From positions 1,054,001 to 1,118,000 of the forward strand of contig CM082590.2 of the NCBI GenBank assembly GCA_040954595.2: a stretch of DNA of 64,000 nt, read 5' to 3'. Positions within the stretch are counted from its first letter, which is position 1, and the number at the start of each line of letters is the position of its first letter. The notes under the pieces are model-generated. The model saw nothing but the letters and a program-made list of their open reading frames with translations, searched no databases and had not been told where the DNA came from. Positions 36,506 through 50,994 of this stretch are shown here, in pieces. The position numbers were made by a program, and so were the translations under genes. Origin of the DNA: Balanoglossus misakiensis. Its lineage: Eukaryota; Animalia; Hemichordata.

Positions 36506-37359
36506 ATTATATTATGCCAGTATATTGAAACTTTGCATAAAACATTTTAAAAAGGCATTTTCTTTGACTATGATATATGACTGTGGTATATGGCTAATAT
36601 ATCACGGTCACGTGTCGTGTCTCGACCAATCAAATAGCGTGATTTACACCATCAATATACTGGTATAATATAATACTTAATAATATGCTATATTTGATTC
36701 ACAGTCATAAACGTCAGCATTTCAACGTATGCGGGAGGAGGGGGAGATGACCCCGGCCTGATCCAAGACCGTTTTCGGGTAAGCAGAACTTGCTGTATAC
36801 ATGTTCCATAGCTATTTTATACTACCTTTTCCCATCAAATTCACCTTTTCAAAATTATGGTGGTGGCAAGCCACAACTGGTTATCATGAACAGTTGGACA
36901 CAACTAATAATCACTTGAATATGGGTCACCAGCAGGTAGAAATCAGATATTAGGTTGAAAATTCACATTTTCAGTTTAACAGCTTATTTTGTTGGGGGAC
37001 ATGCCAATAACATATCTGCAAAATTTCTCCTCTGGATTCTAACTGGAAAGTGGAGAAAAGCATGAGCAAACAACCAAATGCATGTACTGTCTACCTGGCT
37101 ACCCTAAACGGTGTGTGTATTCTTGAATTTTAATGTTTGGAGCATCGATCGACCCTAGTTATTGAGCTGCGATCGTTGTTTTTGAGGGCGAAATCGTCGG
37201 TTGAAAAATCATTGGCGGCCGTCGATGGCTTCCCTATTGCACATCTTGTCAGTGGTATTCCGCTGCCTGTGTGAGTAAATTGTACGTCGTTCGTGGGCTC
37301 GAGTCGGCTTTGCTCTGGTATAATTTTATGAGGCGGGCTATTTTAAGGCAAAGCAATAG

Positions 37360-40300
37360 TAGTCAGGTGGAAATTTCAGAAAATGAGCATTTTAAAAGCA
37401 TGTCAGGCATTTTTTGGTACAAGCTGGGAACAAGTAGTTTTTGGATATTTCGAATACGCTGATTTCGAATTTGCCTGTTCCCAAAAATTCTTTTCACGTT
37501 TTCATGTCGAAAATGGCAAATTAATTTGTGACGTCATAATTTCAAAATACCTAAAAGAAAACGCTGTTTGTAGCCATTATGGTGCAATATCACAGGTCAA
37601 CACCATAATAGTCTATTGAAATCATATTCTTATATTCATTTAAATATTTTTAAACAATTTTTTTTAATTTAGAAACATTTTGTGATTTGGTAAAATGCTA
37701 ATTTATGTTAATTAGGTCCAGGTGGAAATTTCAGAAAATGAGCATTTTAAAAGCATGTCATTCATTTTTTGGTACAAGCTGGGAACAAGTTGTTTTTGGA
37801 TATTTCAAATACGTTGATTTCGAATTTGCCTGTTCCCAAAAATTCTTTTCACGTTTTCATGTCGAAAATGGCAAATTGATTTGTGACGTCATAATTTAGA
37901 AATACCTAAAAGAAAACGCTGTTTGTAGCCATTATGGTGCAATATCACAGGTCAACACCATAATAGTCTATTGAAATCATATTCTTATATCATTTAAATA
38001 TTTTTACACAATTTTTTTAATTTAGAAACATTTGGTGAATTGGTAAAAATGCTAATTTATGTTAATTAGGTGACACGCCCATCTAAAATCAATGGTCTAC
38101 AAAAGAGAGCCAACGGTGTTAAGTGAGGTGTCTATTCCAATGTTTTCAGGGTCAAGGAATTCAAATATGCAATCGTTTACCTTGTCAGACAAGGTGCAGC
38201 ATGGAAAATATGCAAAATTAGCTTAATTAGTCATGATGTCATGCTAAAATTGACAACTGAAAGCTAATGATACAACTCTGGCCTGTGAGGTGTCTATTCA
38301 CATGTTTTTTGGCAAATGTTTGCATTTTAATGAATAACTGAAATGAAACTTTACATATTTGTATGTACATGTAATAGCATATAAAAAACAACAAAAACAA
38401 ACAAATAAACATACACAACGAGGATTTAGTTTAGACTGTACATGCTCGTTGGTAACATCGTGACCGATCGCTCCGTTAAAAAACACCAGAACATTGAACG
38501 TATGAACGTTTAGGTCCACAATTCACAAGTTATTGAACTACATGTATGAATGTATGTTCAATGTTGTGAAAAGCCAAAAACATACTTTTTGCCAACAAAA
38601 CTGGCATTTGTTAACGTACAAGTTGTTCATTAATAGCGAAAGCATCGTATGGCCACACTCACATTATGCCAGCACCGTATATTCATGCTTAGTTATAAGA
38701 CGTTGAATGCACACTGATGGCCCGACGTCCTCATTGTTTTTTTGAAACCCGGTCTCTAACAACAATTTCTCTTCATAAGTAAAGAGTAATGTGTATTTTT
38801 ATTACGTTTTTATATATGATACTGTGTGCAAAGTGAAGATTGTGTCAGTGAGGCAACATATATACATGTATGTTTAATCCACTTGGGTGTCGTACTTGGC
38901 TCAGATGTGCGTTAATGTGTACTAAACAAATTCAAATAGCGAGCCACAATATCTGTTGATGAGTGTCCATGGCAACCATTTTTTCATTTTTTTCAAAATG
39001 GCCGCCAATACAGATAATCTCATCCACAAAATAACAATTATAAAACACCACAATAAATTCATATTACAATATTTGAAACAAGAAACTGCTCAAAGAGTAA
39101 TTTTCAAAATATATATCATCACTAAACTAGTTATAGGGGTAAATACAGGATCGAGATTCAGTCGCTAAAGAAATTCAAGTTTGGTAATAACCCCAGTTAC
39201 AACAAACTTAGTTAAAACACTGTATAACCATATATATATTATAATAGTGGCCTGGCATAAACACAATTTTCGTAACATTTGGGCATTTTGTGATAAAAGT
39301 TTAACAAGTAAAGCTCAGTTGATTCGTTATTTTCCCCATAAAAATATCTTTGATGAACAAAATTCCAAATTTAGTCAACCCAGGAAAAAACGGCATCTTG
39401 TTTCTCAACCTTATAAATTGATCTGACCAGTTTCAATCAGTGCAGAATCCAGCTTTTCTATTTTATCTTCATCAAATGATTCATGCAAATAAAGAATCAC
39501 TTCCCCATAAAATGGTGGCAGAAAGCAAGTATCATGACAGTCGATTGGTTTGTTAAAGTTACTATAGAAACAAACTATGTCTAGGGTGCATGTACATAGA
39601 TAGATGTTAGGAATCAAAATCAAATCTGTTTCAAACTTTTCATCCAATACTTGTCCTTCGGAAAGCGTTTTGATGAAGTCGCTTGAAGTGCTTTGTATTG
39701 CTCATGTTATCGATAATTTTAATCGCACCTTGATGATAGTCAGCAGTTCTATTTTGACATGTTATTTTGTTTATTTTTGAACCCCCAAAATCAAAGAATA
39801 AAATGATAAAGTGAAAATAAGCTTCAAAACACCAAAAGTCTTCAGGATCACAGCTTTTCTGTAAAGAGTAAGATTTCGCTTACTTCATGCTATTAAATGA
39901 AATGAAGTTTTCCGTAATATCTCTTGCAAAGTCAGATCTTTACACATTGAGATATTAGAATGGAAGTACATTCCAAGTGACTTGTTGGGAGCCTTGGGGC
40001 ACCTAATCCCAGAAAATTGCAATAAGACCTGTTTTTCCATTTACCAATCTAAAGGCCAACTGCTTGTATATTTAGTTGGGTTTCTATAATTAACACACAT
40101 TTTTGACAATATTTATGGCATGATGGACACTATTCTCGACAAATAAAATAATGTTGTGTCCTCCGGTGTAATTTTTATGAGTTTGGAATCATAGACACCA
40201 TTTATCTTTTGGTCAACTCTGTTAACAGTCGCCAAAATTGCTGGAGTGGAACTGATACATGATCTAAAGTATCAAGACATATGGTCGATTATTAACGTTT

Positions 40301-41634
40301 CAGCAATTTGACTTAAGTTTCTTTAATTTCCTATGGCATTTTGACAAACATCAACGCCCCGAAAAAATGTTGTCAACGCTGCGGTCGCGATTGTGGTCGA
40401 AACAAAGCCGCGTGGTTCGTTACCCGGGGTCCACTTAGATTGCATTGCGTTTGAGGCCCTATGTCTGTCGACCAATAAACGCGACGACCGCAGACTCAGT
40501 TTGGATCAACGTCTATTTCGGGCAGTGGACTCTCCTATCAAGTTGATAAGGAAATTTTACCAGTCACGAGTAAGCCAAGCCCACATCCGTGTGCAATTCG
40601 AATATATCGGTGATCTGTTTATATGATTATCATTAGCTAAGGTGGTAAACTGTTGTGATTCATATGTGTAATTTACGTACTGCAAGTTAAATATCGCAAT
40701 TAGCCTAATGTTTGACCATAGACAGTATGGTTTGACTTCTAGAGGAGCACCTATTAATCCGAAAGGGATTAAAAGTTGTGCCTTTAAATTGTGTTTTGAT
40801 AACTTACTTACCCCTATAAGTAGTTTAGTAACCATAATATCTTTGCAAATTATTCTTTCCACAGTTCCTTGTATCAAATATAGTAATCTAAATTTATTTT
40901 GGTGTTTACAGATGTTATTTGGTGGGTGAAATTATCTGTATTGGTGGCCATTTTGAAAAATTGGTTGCCATGGAAACTCATCAACAGATATTTAGTGGCT
41001 CCCTATCTGAATTTTTTTAGTACACATAAACACACATCTGAGCCAAGTTTGGTGCTTTTATCACAAAATGCACAATCGCTATGAAAATTAGGGTTTGGCC
41101 GCTCCACTACAGGGCTTTAGACGGCCATATTGAATTGCCACATCGAGGCTCTTATCTCAAAATGAACTTCACACTTGAAGTGTTGTTTTGAACAAGGTTT
41201 AAGTCCTTTATTAAAATAAAGAAAAGGTAATTTTTTTCCAATGATTGTGAGTTTTTAGTACATGTACTGTTACACCTAGCTTTATTATTATTTGTTAGCC
41301 AAAAATCAACGAATTATTCATACAATATGCAAATTTTTACATAATTATTGTTTTATTGTTGCTATTTTGTGTTTATACAACCAAAAACGTTGTTGTTGTA
41401 AACATGTATTTTATTTTCATTGTTTAAGGAGGTACGTGAACATTTCTTTGATGCTATTCATGTGAGAATTGCGATCCTTGGCGGCCATATTTGATTTGCC
41501 AAAACGAGGCTCTTATCTCAAAAAGATCTTTTGGGAACAGGCATTTTCGAAATCAGCGTAGTCGAATTGACCAAAAAACATATTTGGTTTGCTTGTACCA
41601 AAAAATGCCAGAGGGGGTCACAATTTCTGTCACA
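37360..41634. mobile_element. Composite non-autonomous DNA-transposon insertion with ~353-bp subterminal tandem repeats
   Basis: Repeats at 37365-37717 and 37718-38070. An inverted match (TTTTGGTACAAGC...GCCTGTTCCCAAAA) lies at 41529-41610. Confidence 0.6.
38894..41109. mobile_element. Nested non-autonomous TIR element with a TAG terminus (Academ-like), left TIR truncated
   Basis: ACTTGGCTCAGATGTG...TGTTGATGAG..TCCATGGCAACCA is inverted at ~40945-41050. The right end is GGCCGCTCCACTA. Confidence 0.6.
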
Positions 41635-44600
41635 AGTTCTGAATTTGAAGCTTAGCTCTTTACCAGAAACTTGCTCAAAGCTACCAAATGCCCAAAAAGT
41701 ATTGAGTCTCTTTATAAAGTTTAAAAATGTGACTAGTGAGCTAGTCTATGTTCAATATGTCTTATTCCCTATGTCGAAGTGCGTGTACACATTCTGTCAT
41801 TTACAGACATGATGTCAGTTTCACTTGTCACCTGATTGTCATGTTTGGTTTAACCCATGCAGTACTGCATGCAGTACTGATGTAAATGGAGTTTCAAGAT
41901 TGTCGTTTCAAAGAACGCTGTGACAGATTTCTGTGAATAGTATTCCACTGTTGTACATTATCACAGCACAGTCTGACCCTACATTATACCATGTTTTGCA
42001 TATTTTCACTAATTAGTATGGCACAATTCTAAAGCAAGGTTATGATTTATTTAAGCAATAAAACACCCCCAGCCATGGTATACCACGAGATTTTGACCAG
42101 TTCACGACATATACGCACGAGCGATAGTGAGTGCGTATATGGAGTTGAACTGGTCAAAATCTCGTGGTATACCATGGCTGGGGGTGTTTTATTGCTATTA
42201 TATTATGCCAGTATATTGAAACTTTGCATAAAACATTTTAAAAAGGCATTTTCTTTGACTATGATATATGACTGTGGTATATGGCTAATATATCACGGTC
42301 ACGTGTCGTGTCTCGACCAATCAAATAGCGTGATTTACACCATCAATATACTGGTATAATATAATACTTAATAATATGCTATATTTGATTCACAGTCATA
42401 AACGTCAGCATTTCAACGTATGCGGGAGGAGGGGGAGATGACCCCGGCCTGATCCAAGACCGTTTTCGGGTAAGCAGAACTTGCTGTATACATGTTCCAT
42501 AGCTATTTTATACTACCTTTTCCCATCAAATTCACCTTTTCAAAATTATGGTGGTGGCAAGCCACAACTGGTTATCATGAACAGTTGGACACAACTAATA
42601 ATCACTTGAATATGGGTCACCAGCAGGTAGAAATCAGATATTAGGTTGAAAATTCACATTTTCAGTTTAACAGCTTATTTTGTTGGGGGACATGCCAATA
42701 ACATATCTGCAAAATTTCTCCTCTGGATTCTAACTGGAAAGTGGAGAAAAGCATGAGCAAACAACCAAATGCATGTACTGTCTACCTGGCTACCCTAAAC
42801 GGTGTGTGTATTCTTGAATTTTAATGTTTGGAGCATCGATCGACCCTAGTTATTGAGCTGCGATCGTTGTTTTTGAGGGCGAAATCGTCGGTTGAAAAAT
42901 CATTGGCGGCCGTCGATGGCTTCCCTATTGCACATCTTGTCAGTGGTATTCCGCCGCCTGTGTGAGTAAATTGTACGTCGTTCGTGGGCTCGAGTCGGCT
43001 TTGCTCTGGTATAATTTTATGAGGCGGGCTATTTTAAGGCAAAGCAATAGCGAATAAACTGACCAATTGCGATCCACTATCTGATATGGGATTTGGTCGC
43101 ATTGAGCAGAATTAGTTTTGCTGTAGGGAGTATGTTTTGGCACTATTGTGACTGTTATAAATAGAAGGTACTAGTGTCCGCTATGTCCAGATGTTGGCAG
43201 TGACACAAAGAGAATGTATTCAAACTAATTTATTCATAATAACGTGTTTCAGAGGATCAATACCAAATTATCTTGATCGTCAGTGTGTGGATCACTAGGT
43301 TACATTATTGCATCCTGCATGTTTTACTAATTAGTGACATATGCTAAAGCTATTTTATGACTGGTTACTAACTTCTAATACCTACTTGATTCACAGATGT
43401 TGCCTGAAGTTGTCTGCATTTCAACTCGGGATTCTCTTCCTCATCCGGGGCGAGTTTAAGACCACTCAATGGTAAGCATGACTTGCTATATATTTGCTTT
43501 TATCGGACGTGGCATAACCGAAACAATAGGAAGCAATGTACGTCTATGAACTATCAATACTTGTTTTTTTCCTTTAAATTCTGCATGCTCTAGCCTCGAT
43601 TGCCTGTGAAATGGTCGTGATGACATGAATTAACTGGACTAGGTCAAATCTTCACGTGAAGCATAAATTAAATTCGGACGCATTTCCTTAACCATATAGC
43701 CAGAAATTACTCTCATACAAATACATGCAGAGATACCGTAACCTTGGCTGAAAGTGTGCTAGTCCAACACCATGCTTTTCAAACTGGTAAAGATTTCTGT
43801 TATTATATAAGCCACACGAAGGAAAGTAATGTTGTTCAAAGTGAAATAAAACAATTCTTTAGGCCAAAAAGAAAAATATAAATCATGACACGATCTGGCT
43901 GGATGTTTTTTGCAAAGATGTGTGTATAAGAGCAGCCCAGTTCTGAATTTGAAGCTTAGCTCTTTACCAGAAACTTGCTCAAAGCTACCAAATGCCCAAA
44001 AAGTATTGAGACTCTTTATAAAGATTAAAAATGTGACTAGTGAGCTAGTCTATGTTCAATATGTCTTCCCTATGTCAAAGTGCGTGTACACATTCTGTCA
44101 TTTACAGACATGATGTCAGTTTCACTTGTCACCTGATTGTCATGTTTGGTTTAACCCATGCAGTACTGCATGCAGTACTGATGTAAATGGAGTTTCAAGA
44201 TTGTCGTTTCAAAGAACGCTGTGACAGATTTCTGTGAATAGTATTCCACTGTTGTACATTATCACAGCACAGTCTGACCCTACATTATACCATGTTTTGC
44301 ATATTTTCACTAATTAGTATGGCACAATTCTAAAGCAAGGTTATGATTTATTTAAGCAATAAAACACCCCCAGCCATGGTATACCACGAGATTTTGACCA
44401 GTTCACGACATATACGCACGAGCGATAGTGAGTGCGTATATGGAGTTGAACTGGTCAAAATCTCGTGGTATACCATGGCTGGGGGTGTTTTATTGCTATT
44501 ATATTATGCCAGTATATTGAAACTTTGCATAAAACATTTTAAAAAGGCATTTTCTTTGACTATGATATATGACTGTGGTATATGGCTAATATATCACGGT

Positions 44601-47600
44601 CACGTGTCGTGTCTCGACCAATCAAATAGCGTGATTTACACCATCAATATACTGGTATAATATAATACTTAATAATATGCTATATTTGATTCACAGTCAT
44701 AAACGTCAGCATTTCAACGTATGCGGGAGGAGGGGGAGATGACCCCGGCCTGATCCAAGACCGTTTTCCGGTAAGCAGAACTTGCTGTATACATGTTCCA
44801 TAGCTATTTTATACTACCTTTTCCCATCAAATTCACCTTTTCAAAATTATGGTGGTGGCAAGCCACAACTGGTTATCATGAACAGTTGGACACAACTAAT
44901 AATCACTTGAATATGGGTCACCAGCAGGTAGAAATCAGATATTAGGTTGAAAATTCACATTTTCAGTTTAACAGCTTATTTTGTTGGGGGACATGCCAAT
45001 AAAATATCTGCAAAATTTCTCCTCTGGATTCTAACTGGAAAGTGGAGAAAAGCATGAGCAAACAACCAAATGCATGTACTGTCTACCTGGCTACCTAAAC
45101 GGTGTGTGTATTCTTGAATTTTAATGTTTGGAGCATCGATCGACCCTAGTTATTGAGCTGCGATCGTTGTTTTTGAGGGCGAAATCGTCGGTTGAAAAAT
45201 CATTGGCGGCCGTTGATGGCTTCCCTATTGCACATCTTGTCCGTGGTATTCCGCCGCCTGTGTGAGTAAATTGTACGTCGTTCGTGGGCTCGAGTCGGCT
45301 TTGCTCTGGTATAATTTTATGAGGCGGGCTATTTTAAGGCAAAGCAATAGCGAATAAACTGACCAATTGCGATCCACTATCTGATATGTGATTTGGTCGC
45401 ATTGAGCAGAATTAGTTTTGCTGTAGGGAGTATGTTTTGGCACTATTGTGACTGTTATAAATACTGAGAATCAATCACCATCTCTTCAAACGTTGACAGT
45501 GTTCACAATGAAGTAAAGACTTATTTCCTTCATATATATTTGAAACACTATTGTCAATGTATATAACAACATATTTATTTAACTGACCACACTATGTTGG
45601 CAGAATTAACAGAATCTTTTTAGGACTGACAATTCTGTGAATATTTACAAAAACTATAACACTTGTGAATTCCCCCACAGAAATTCAATCAAACAATTCA
45701 CAACTACAACAATATAACTGCGACACACACAAACTAAGTGTATACTATCTCATTCCTGCTCACTTCTGGAGATTCATAATTATAGCAGTACATAAGTGCC
45801 ATTGGTTTAATATTGTTTACAAACACTCTTACTTTGCAATGACCACTACATCCTTTAAGCTGTATTTGAAACAATGATGTTCGATCACTGGGGTTATTTG
45901 CTGCCAAAAGCTGTGCTTCTATAAAATTTGTAAGATTGTCAGAACAACTAGAACCCAATCTTTATTTCACAACATTGTATCTCATTACAGATGTGTCCAG
46001 CACAATTACACAATACATTGTAACTGTAAAAGCAGTATTAACAGTAAGAGAAATGAGCTTTTCGGCAAAAATATCACTCATTATGATTTGTAGTTACATT
46101 CTTACACATTTGGTACCAAGAAATGTGTTTTATGCTTATGATAATTATAACAGTTCAAGTCACATGATAAAATGCCATGATTAAACTATGAATGTTTTAT
46201 CATTTAAATGGCGGCAATTGTCATAAGCGCATGTTTCAACCTAACCTCTGTTTACAGTAGGTGCTAACAGTCAATCCCATAAGGCAGTTCACTGTCCTAA
46301 CAACGGACAAGATGGCGGCGTCCAAAATCTGTGTCGCGATGTCAGAGATCGAGAAAAGACAGTAAATTTGGTGTAATGAAGGGACAAAGCTGGACTCTAT
46401 CTATCCTTATCAACTAGTTTGGGGATTCTTACATTCATACATGTACACCATTGTAAAATTGTGCCGCAAATCAGGCGCACCGTCAGAAATACAAAAACTT
46501 TTCAGGTGAACTGTTTAATAGTGGGCCACTAAAAGAATCATTTCTGTTCAAGATTAACTTCAGTGTGAATATTAAAATAGCACAAGGCTACTTGTGGAAA
46601 CCTAGCCCTCTCAGGCAAGCTTGGCTGTGTGTCTTATGGCTGATGCCTCCCACCACAGCAGCCCTGCTCACTCCCAATACTAGGCTAAGCTGGCGATTCC
46701 CAACCAATCTGTTGCATAGTAGTTTTGACAAGAATTTCCGTCTGTGAACCAAAACTCGTGGACCGATCGCCATTACTGAGCACACCTCATCCATATGGGA
46801 TGACCAAGTGCCTAAAAGCACCTCACAACTTGAACTTTATGCGAGGAAAGACAGTCAGCCACAGCCATTTTGAATCTCGCTCGCGCCCACAAAATTATGT
46901 GCACTAGATGATCTGGAGCCTTTAATGTCAGTACAGTTTTTAGTTCAACATTACAGTCTCCGGGACTTATTCAGTGACTTCATGTACTTCCCAAATGCAG
47001 CTGATGATGGTTCATGCTCATATGTAGTATCAGATGCATCATCATCATCATCATCAATTCCAGCATTCTCACGTGGAACCGGTAGGAAGTCAATCCTGCG
47101 TTCATCTGGTATGAAGCGATCATACATTTCAGTCAGTTGCTTCAGTTTATCAGCACTTATCTCTCTCCTTGTGATGGTTTGCATTACAGCATCTTCAACG
47201 ACAATCTACAGATAAATAATATTTTTAAAAGCACAGTTAGATAAAATACAACATGCATATACAAACGTTGACTGTTGCCCTTATGGCCAATGAATATGTA
47301 TATACTAGTCACTTTCTCATATTATCGGAACCATATTTACACTGGAAATGCCAAGTTACTAAGAAAGGAATATTCCATCACCTGTGGTGTAATATTCTTC
47401 CAGGTTCCACTGTCCGACACCTCCCTTGCCATTACAACTACTTGGCCAATTTGTCTTTCTCCCTGGATGTCATGATAACCACCAATGCCATGTATAACAA
47501 TATTTCCATAGTTGGAACGCAGGAATTTTCTCCAGTCACTTATGTCAGCATCACACATAATCTATTAAAATCAAAACACATCTTTCATTAAACATAACAC

Positions 47601-49117
47601 AGATGGTTGTGTCAACGTTTGATCACACACAACTTTCATCCTGTTTGCAGGATATGAGAGTAAAAATCTCACCAAAATAAATAAATGGTAAACACCGATT
47701 ATTCATTTTGGCGAGTTTTTCACTCTTGTGTCTACAAGTGGGATGGCAGTTGTGTGTGTTCGAACTTTGATTCACTATATATCCACATTTAAAATAAAAA
47801 TAAACGGTGCCTTGTATAAAACAATTAGTGAAACAAGGGCAGTGAGAGAGAGACTTTGTCCCTTTAAGTTAACCATAGAAAGAGGATTAAATCAAATGTA
47901 TTGAGTGATAAGTTTTTAAATCAAGAGACAGTCAATGAAACAAAAAAGTTTACCTCAGCTTTACTATATATTGAAGAGAAATCCAGCACATCTCTGATAC
48001 TGAAAACATCCTGTTTCTTTATTGATGATGAAATACTGGCAAACACCCAGTCTGGCATTGATTTGGAATGTCCAGCATTGAGGAAACACACCCGAAGATA
48101 TTGAAGTGTTTCATACCTAAAAGGTAAACGTGAATACATTGTTTGATTATAAAAAATATATGCAATGAAGGTTTCACCAAACTATTTCTGAAAAGATTCC
48201 CACAAGGGAGGATTTCTGTGTGAAAGAAGTTTGCTAAATTGTTTTTTTTCTGTACTATCCTTTTTGCATTCGAATATACAAAGTATCAGTCACCTGCAAA
48301 CACTAACTTAATAGTTTGGTCAACATAATTTTGTTCAAACCTCTGATTTTAATATTACGTCTAGTTTTTTTAATGATAAAATGGTAAATTTACAAACAAC
48401 TTACTTGATCACCATTTCCTTAATCCAACATACAAGCCATGTATTCTTGTTAGTGTGACCCGGTTTTTTGTGATTTTCCAATATAAATACAAAGATAATG
48501 CTTAGTTTCTGATAGTTCATTGACGGTGGTGTTCACCCAATGACTGTCCAGTATTTGCATAATACTATACGTATTTGCATGCGAACTTTGGCCAGGTGGA
48601 CGGCGCCCTCAAGGGGCAAAGAGACACAACCGGTCTCTTTGCTGACTTGGCCAATGCGAGCAGGTTGGTAATATTTTTCTCTCCCTTTTAAATCGCCCAT
48701 GCAAGCGTTAAATCATTGCCATCCACCCCTATAATTGAAATATAATGATGTGTTAGTGTTTAAAGAACCATCATCTGTAATATTTTGAGAGAATGTTCAG
48801 TGATTTTTGCTGCAAATGTGTGAATATTGGACTCGGAAAGCACTTTATGCGCCGCAGTATTTTCTGTTAAGTTTCCTCTGTATATTTTCTTTGGTTTTGT
48901 GAGTATTGTAATTCTTTTCTCTCTTTTTGCTGACTTGGCCAATGCGAGCAGCCAAGTACAGATGGAGCCGCTGACCAAAGAAATAAACGTCATGAACGTA
49001 CATTAATGTGTGTCGGGTCAGTGTATAGCTGTGTCCCCTTAGCGGATGGGTTTGAACTTACACAACGCAATGCCCTAACGACAACACCATTACCAAGCCT
49101 ATACCAGGGGTCACATT

Positions 49118-49136
49118 TGGTGCCGAGACCAGGATT
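49118..49136 (+). promoter_or_regulatory. Primer binding site, most similar to tRNA-His
   Basis: TGGTGCCGAGACCAGGATT lies 2 nt after the LTR, about 1 mismatch to the invertebrate His PBS TGGTGCCGTGACCAGGATT as I recall it. Confidence 0.7.
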
Positions 49137-49719
49137 CTCCTTTTGTTGTCTTCGGTTAGTGGAATCATTTGCCTGTGGTTGGATGAAGAACTACCAGCAG
49201 TCCATTTTATTCTACATGAAGACTGAAACTATGGTGGAGGAAACCGAGATGTCACTACACATGTAAGAATGTTCCTAGGTTCCTACATTTGAACTCTTCA
49301 TGTTGAACGTTTTCCAACCGTAGTGATTTGCAATGGAGTGAATTGAGAATTGTGATACTTAAAAATACAGCGTCATATTTTTATTTTGATACAAACTGAG
49401 TACGATTTAAGTGATTACTATATTTTTTTTTGTTTACCAGAAGTGGTTTATATTTTCCTTCATTTTTGTATAAGTATAAATACGCGTACATTTGACAATA
49501 GCTAAGTACACTTTGGCACCATGCAATGAAGAGGTGCAGTCTGTTGTATTAAGGTTGTACTGGCTATTACAGTTTCTCGCGTATGATTATATTTTTTTGA
49601 ACTGGTTCTTACAGTGTATTTGATTTTTTTCGTATATGATATTTAGACCTATATTTTTTTCTTATATTTGGATTTCACTGAGCAAAATTACTGGTGTTCC
49701 CTGATTATTGTTTGTCAAA

Positions 49720-50994
49720 ATGCAGAATACGCCGGGTGATGATTTGATAACATTTGATTTAGTGGGACCTGATATTAGTATGAGTCAACCAAGTAATTTA
49801 CAGTATCCACTGCCATCATATGGGCAAAATGTTCCCAGTATGCCTTATCATGACCCTTGGTTACCCCAACCACCCTTAACCCCAGCTGAAAATATTGGGT
49901 TGCCTAGTGCAGCATCAACACAATACAGACCTGTAACTAATAACACGCCTGGTCGAAATTTGAATCCCAATGAACAACAAATACAGAATGACACGTATCT
50001 AGCTGGGTATGGTAATACATATGTGGACCAAAGGGGATTTGATACTGCTCATCCACAATTACAACACCCTATGCACCGACGTGCACATTTTATGCCTACA
50101 TCCCACCAACAACCACAAAGTACACAGGCATATCCAGACTACCGAATCACATCCTCACATCAAGTACGCGGTGTTCCAATATTCAGCGGTGCGCCCGATG
50201 GTAAAGTCTTGGTGGAAGACTGGATTAGAGATATTCAGTACCTTTTTGTAGCTGGGTCCATGCCGGAGACGCTGAAATTTTCGACGGTCATCCGTCATCT
50301 CAGCGGTGAAGCCAGAAAATTAGTCCTCAACCTACCAGCTGGTGAACAGACCCTACAGCGAGCGATCGATGAACTGCGTGCAGAATATGGGGATGGCTTG
50401 TGGTCAGGTGATCCAATGGGAAATTTCTACGAAAGAACACAGCATCCCGGCGAGTCTCCATGCTCTTTTGCGATTGCACTGGAAGATAAACTTCGCAACG
50501 TGGAAGGCAAGCTCAACTATGGTAGGCCGTTTCCAGACAGAGACTATAAACTCACCCAACAGTTCATGAAGGGACTACGGGACCAAGAAATATTTCAACG
50601 GTTAGCACCAATGAGAGTACGGGAGATGTCATTCAGGCAGCTACGAGATGAGCTCCGGTATATTTCCAGAGAAGGGAGAACCAGTGGGAGACACAAGAAA
50701 ACCCAGGCACAGCCACATGTGACAACTGAGAACAGAAAACCAAAGGCCGATGAAAGGGAGTCGCATGATCGACAACAGTTGGCGGAGGTGACCAAGCTGC
50801 TGCAAACAATGGTTGCTAAGCAAGAGGAACAAAACAAAAGAATCGCAGAACTGGAAAGTAGATTTTCCCCACAGACACTTGGTAGAAACTATGCATGTCA
50901 CCGCTGCGGACAGCCTGGACATCTAGCAAGAGGCTGCCGGTCCAAACCACTTTTGAGACCATCTATCCAGGGAGACAAGCCGTTAAAAGACTAA
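49720..50994 (+). CDS. gag: Gag (PNMA-like capsid plus CCHC zinc knuckle)
   Basis: VPIFSG...EDW, L.GEA, FYERTQHPGES..FAIALE, QFMKGL, CHRCGQPGHLARGC. First ATG at 49720. Confidence 0.93.
   Translation: MQNTPGDDLITFDLVGPDISMSQPSNLQYPLPSYGQNVPSMPYHDPWLPQPPLTPAENIGLPSAASTQYRPVTNNTPGRNLNPNEQQIQNDTYLAGYGNTYVDQRGFDTAHPQLQHPMHRRAHFMPTSHQQPQSTQAYPDYRITSSHQVRGVPIFSGAPDGKVLVEDWIRDIQYLFVAGSMPETLKFSTVIRHLSGEARKLVLNLPAGEQTLQRAIDELRAEYGDGLWSGDPMGNFYERTQHPGESPCSFAIALEDKLRNVEGKLNYGRPFPDRDYKLTQQFMKGLRDQEIFQRLAPMRVREMSFRQLRDELRYISREGRTSGRHKKTQAQPHVTTENRKPKADERESHDRQQLAEVTKLLQTMVAKQEEQNKRIAELESRFSPQTLGRNYACHRCGQPGHLARGCRSKPLLRPSIQGDKPLKD

Larger units (their letters stand above)
35351..45463 (+). repeat. Tandem array of a ~2.3-kb unit (A 35351-37359, B 41635-43345, C 43346-45463); diverged paralog at ~59130-60070
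   Basis: Near-identical sequence, with identical 105-aa ORFs at 36351, 42042 and 44343. Period 41635 to 43939 is 2304 bp. Confidence 0.92.

Noticed and set aside
36351-36668. 105-aa ORF present in three identical copies
   Set aside because: It spans a palindromic insertion, and the identity reflects recent duplication rather than coding constraint.
35944-43050. 1416-bp direct repeats flanking the 4.3-kb insert, read as LTRs or a giant TSD
   Set aside because: No TG..CA ends, PBS or PPT. It is better explained as a 2.3-kb tandem array with an insertion-associated deletion.
46280-46518. Possible further Kolobok-like MITE (AGGCAGTTCAC...GTGAACTGTTTAA)
   Set aside because: Short imperfect TIR and a mismatched TSD.
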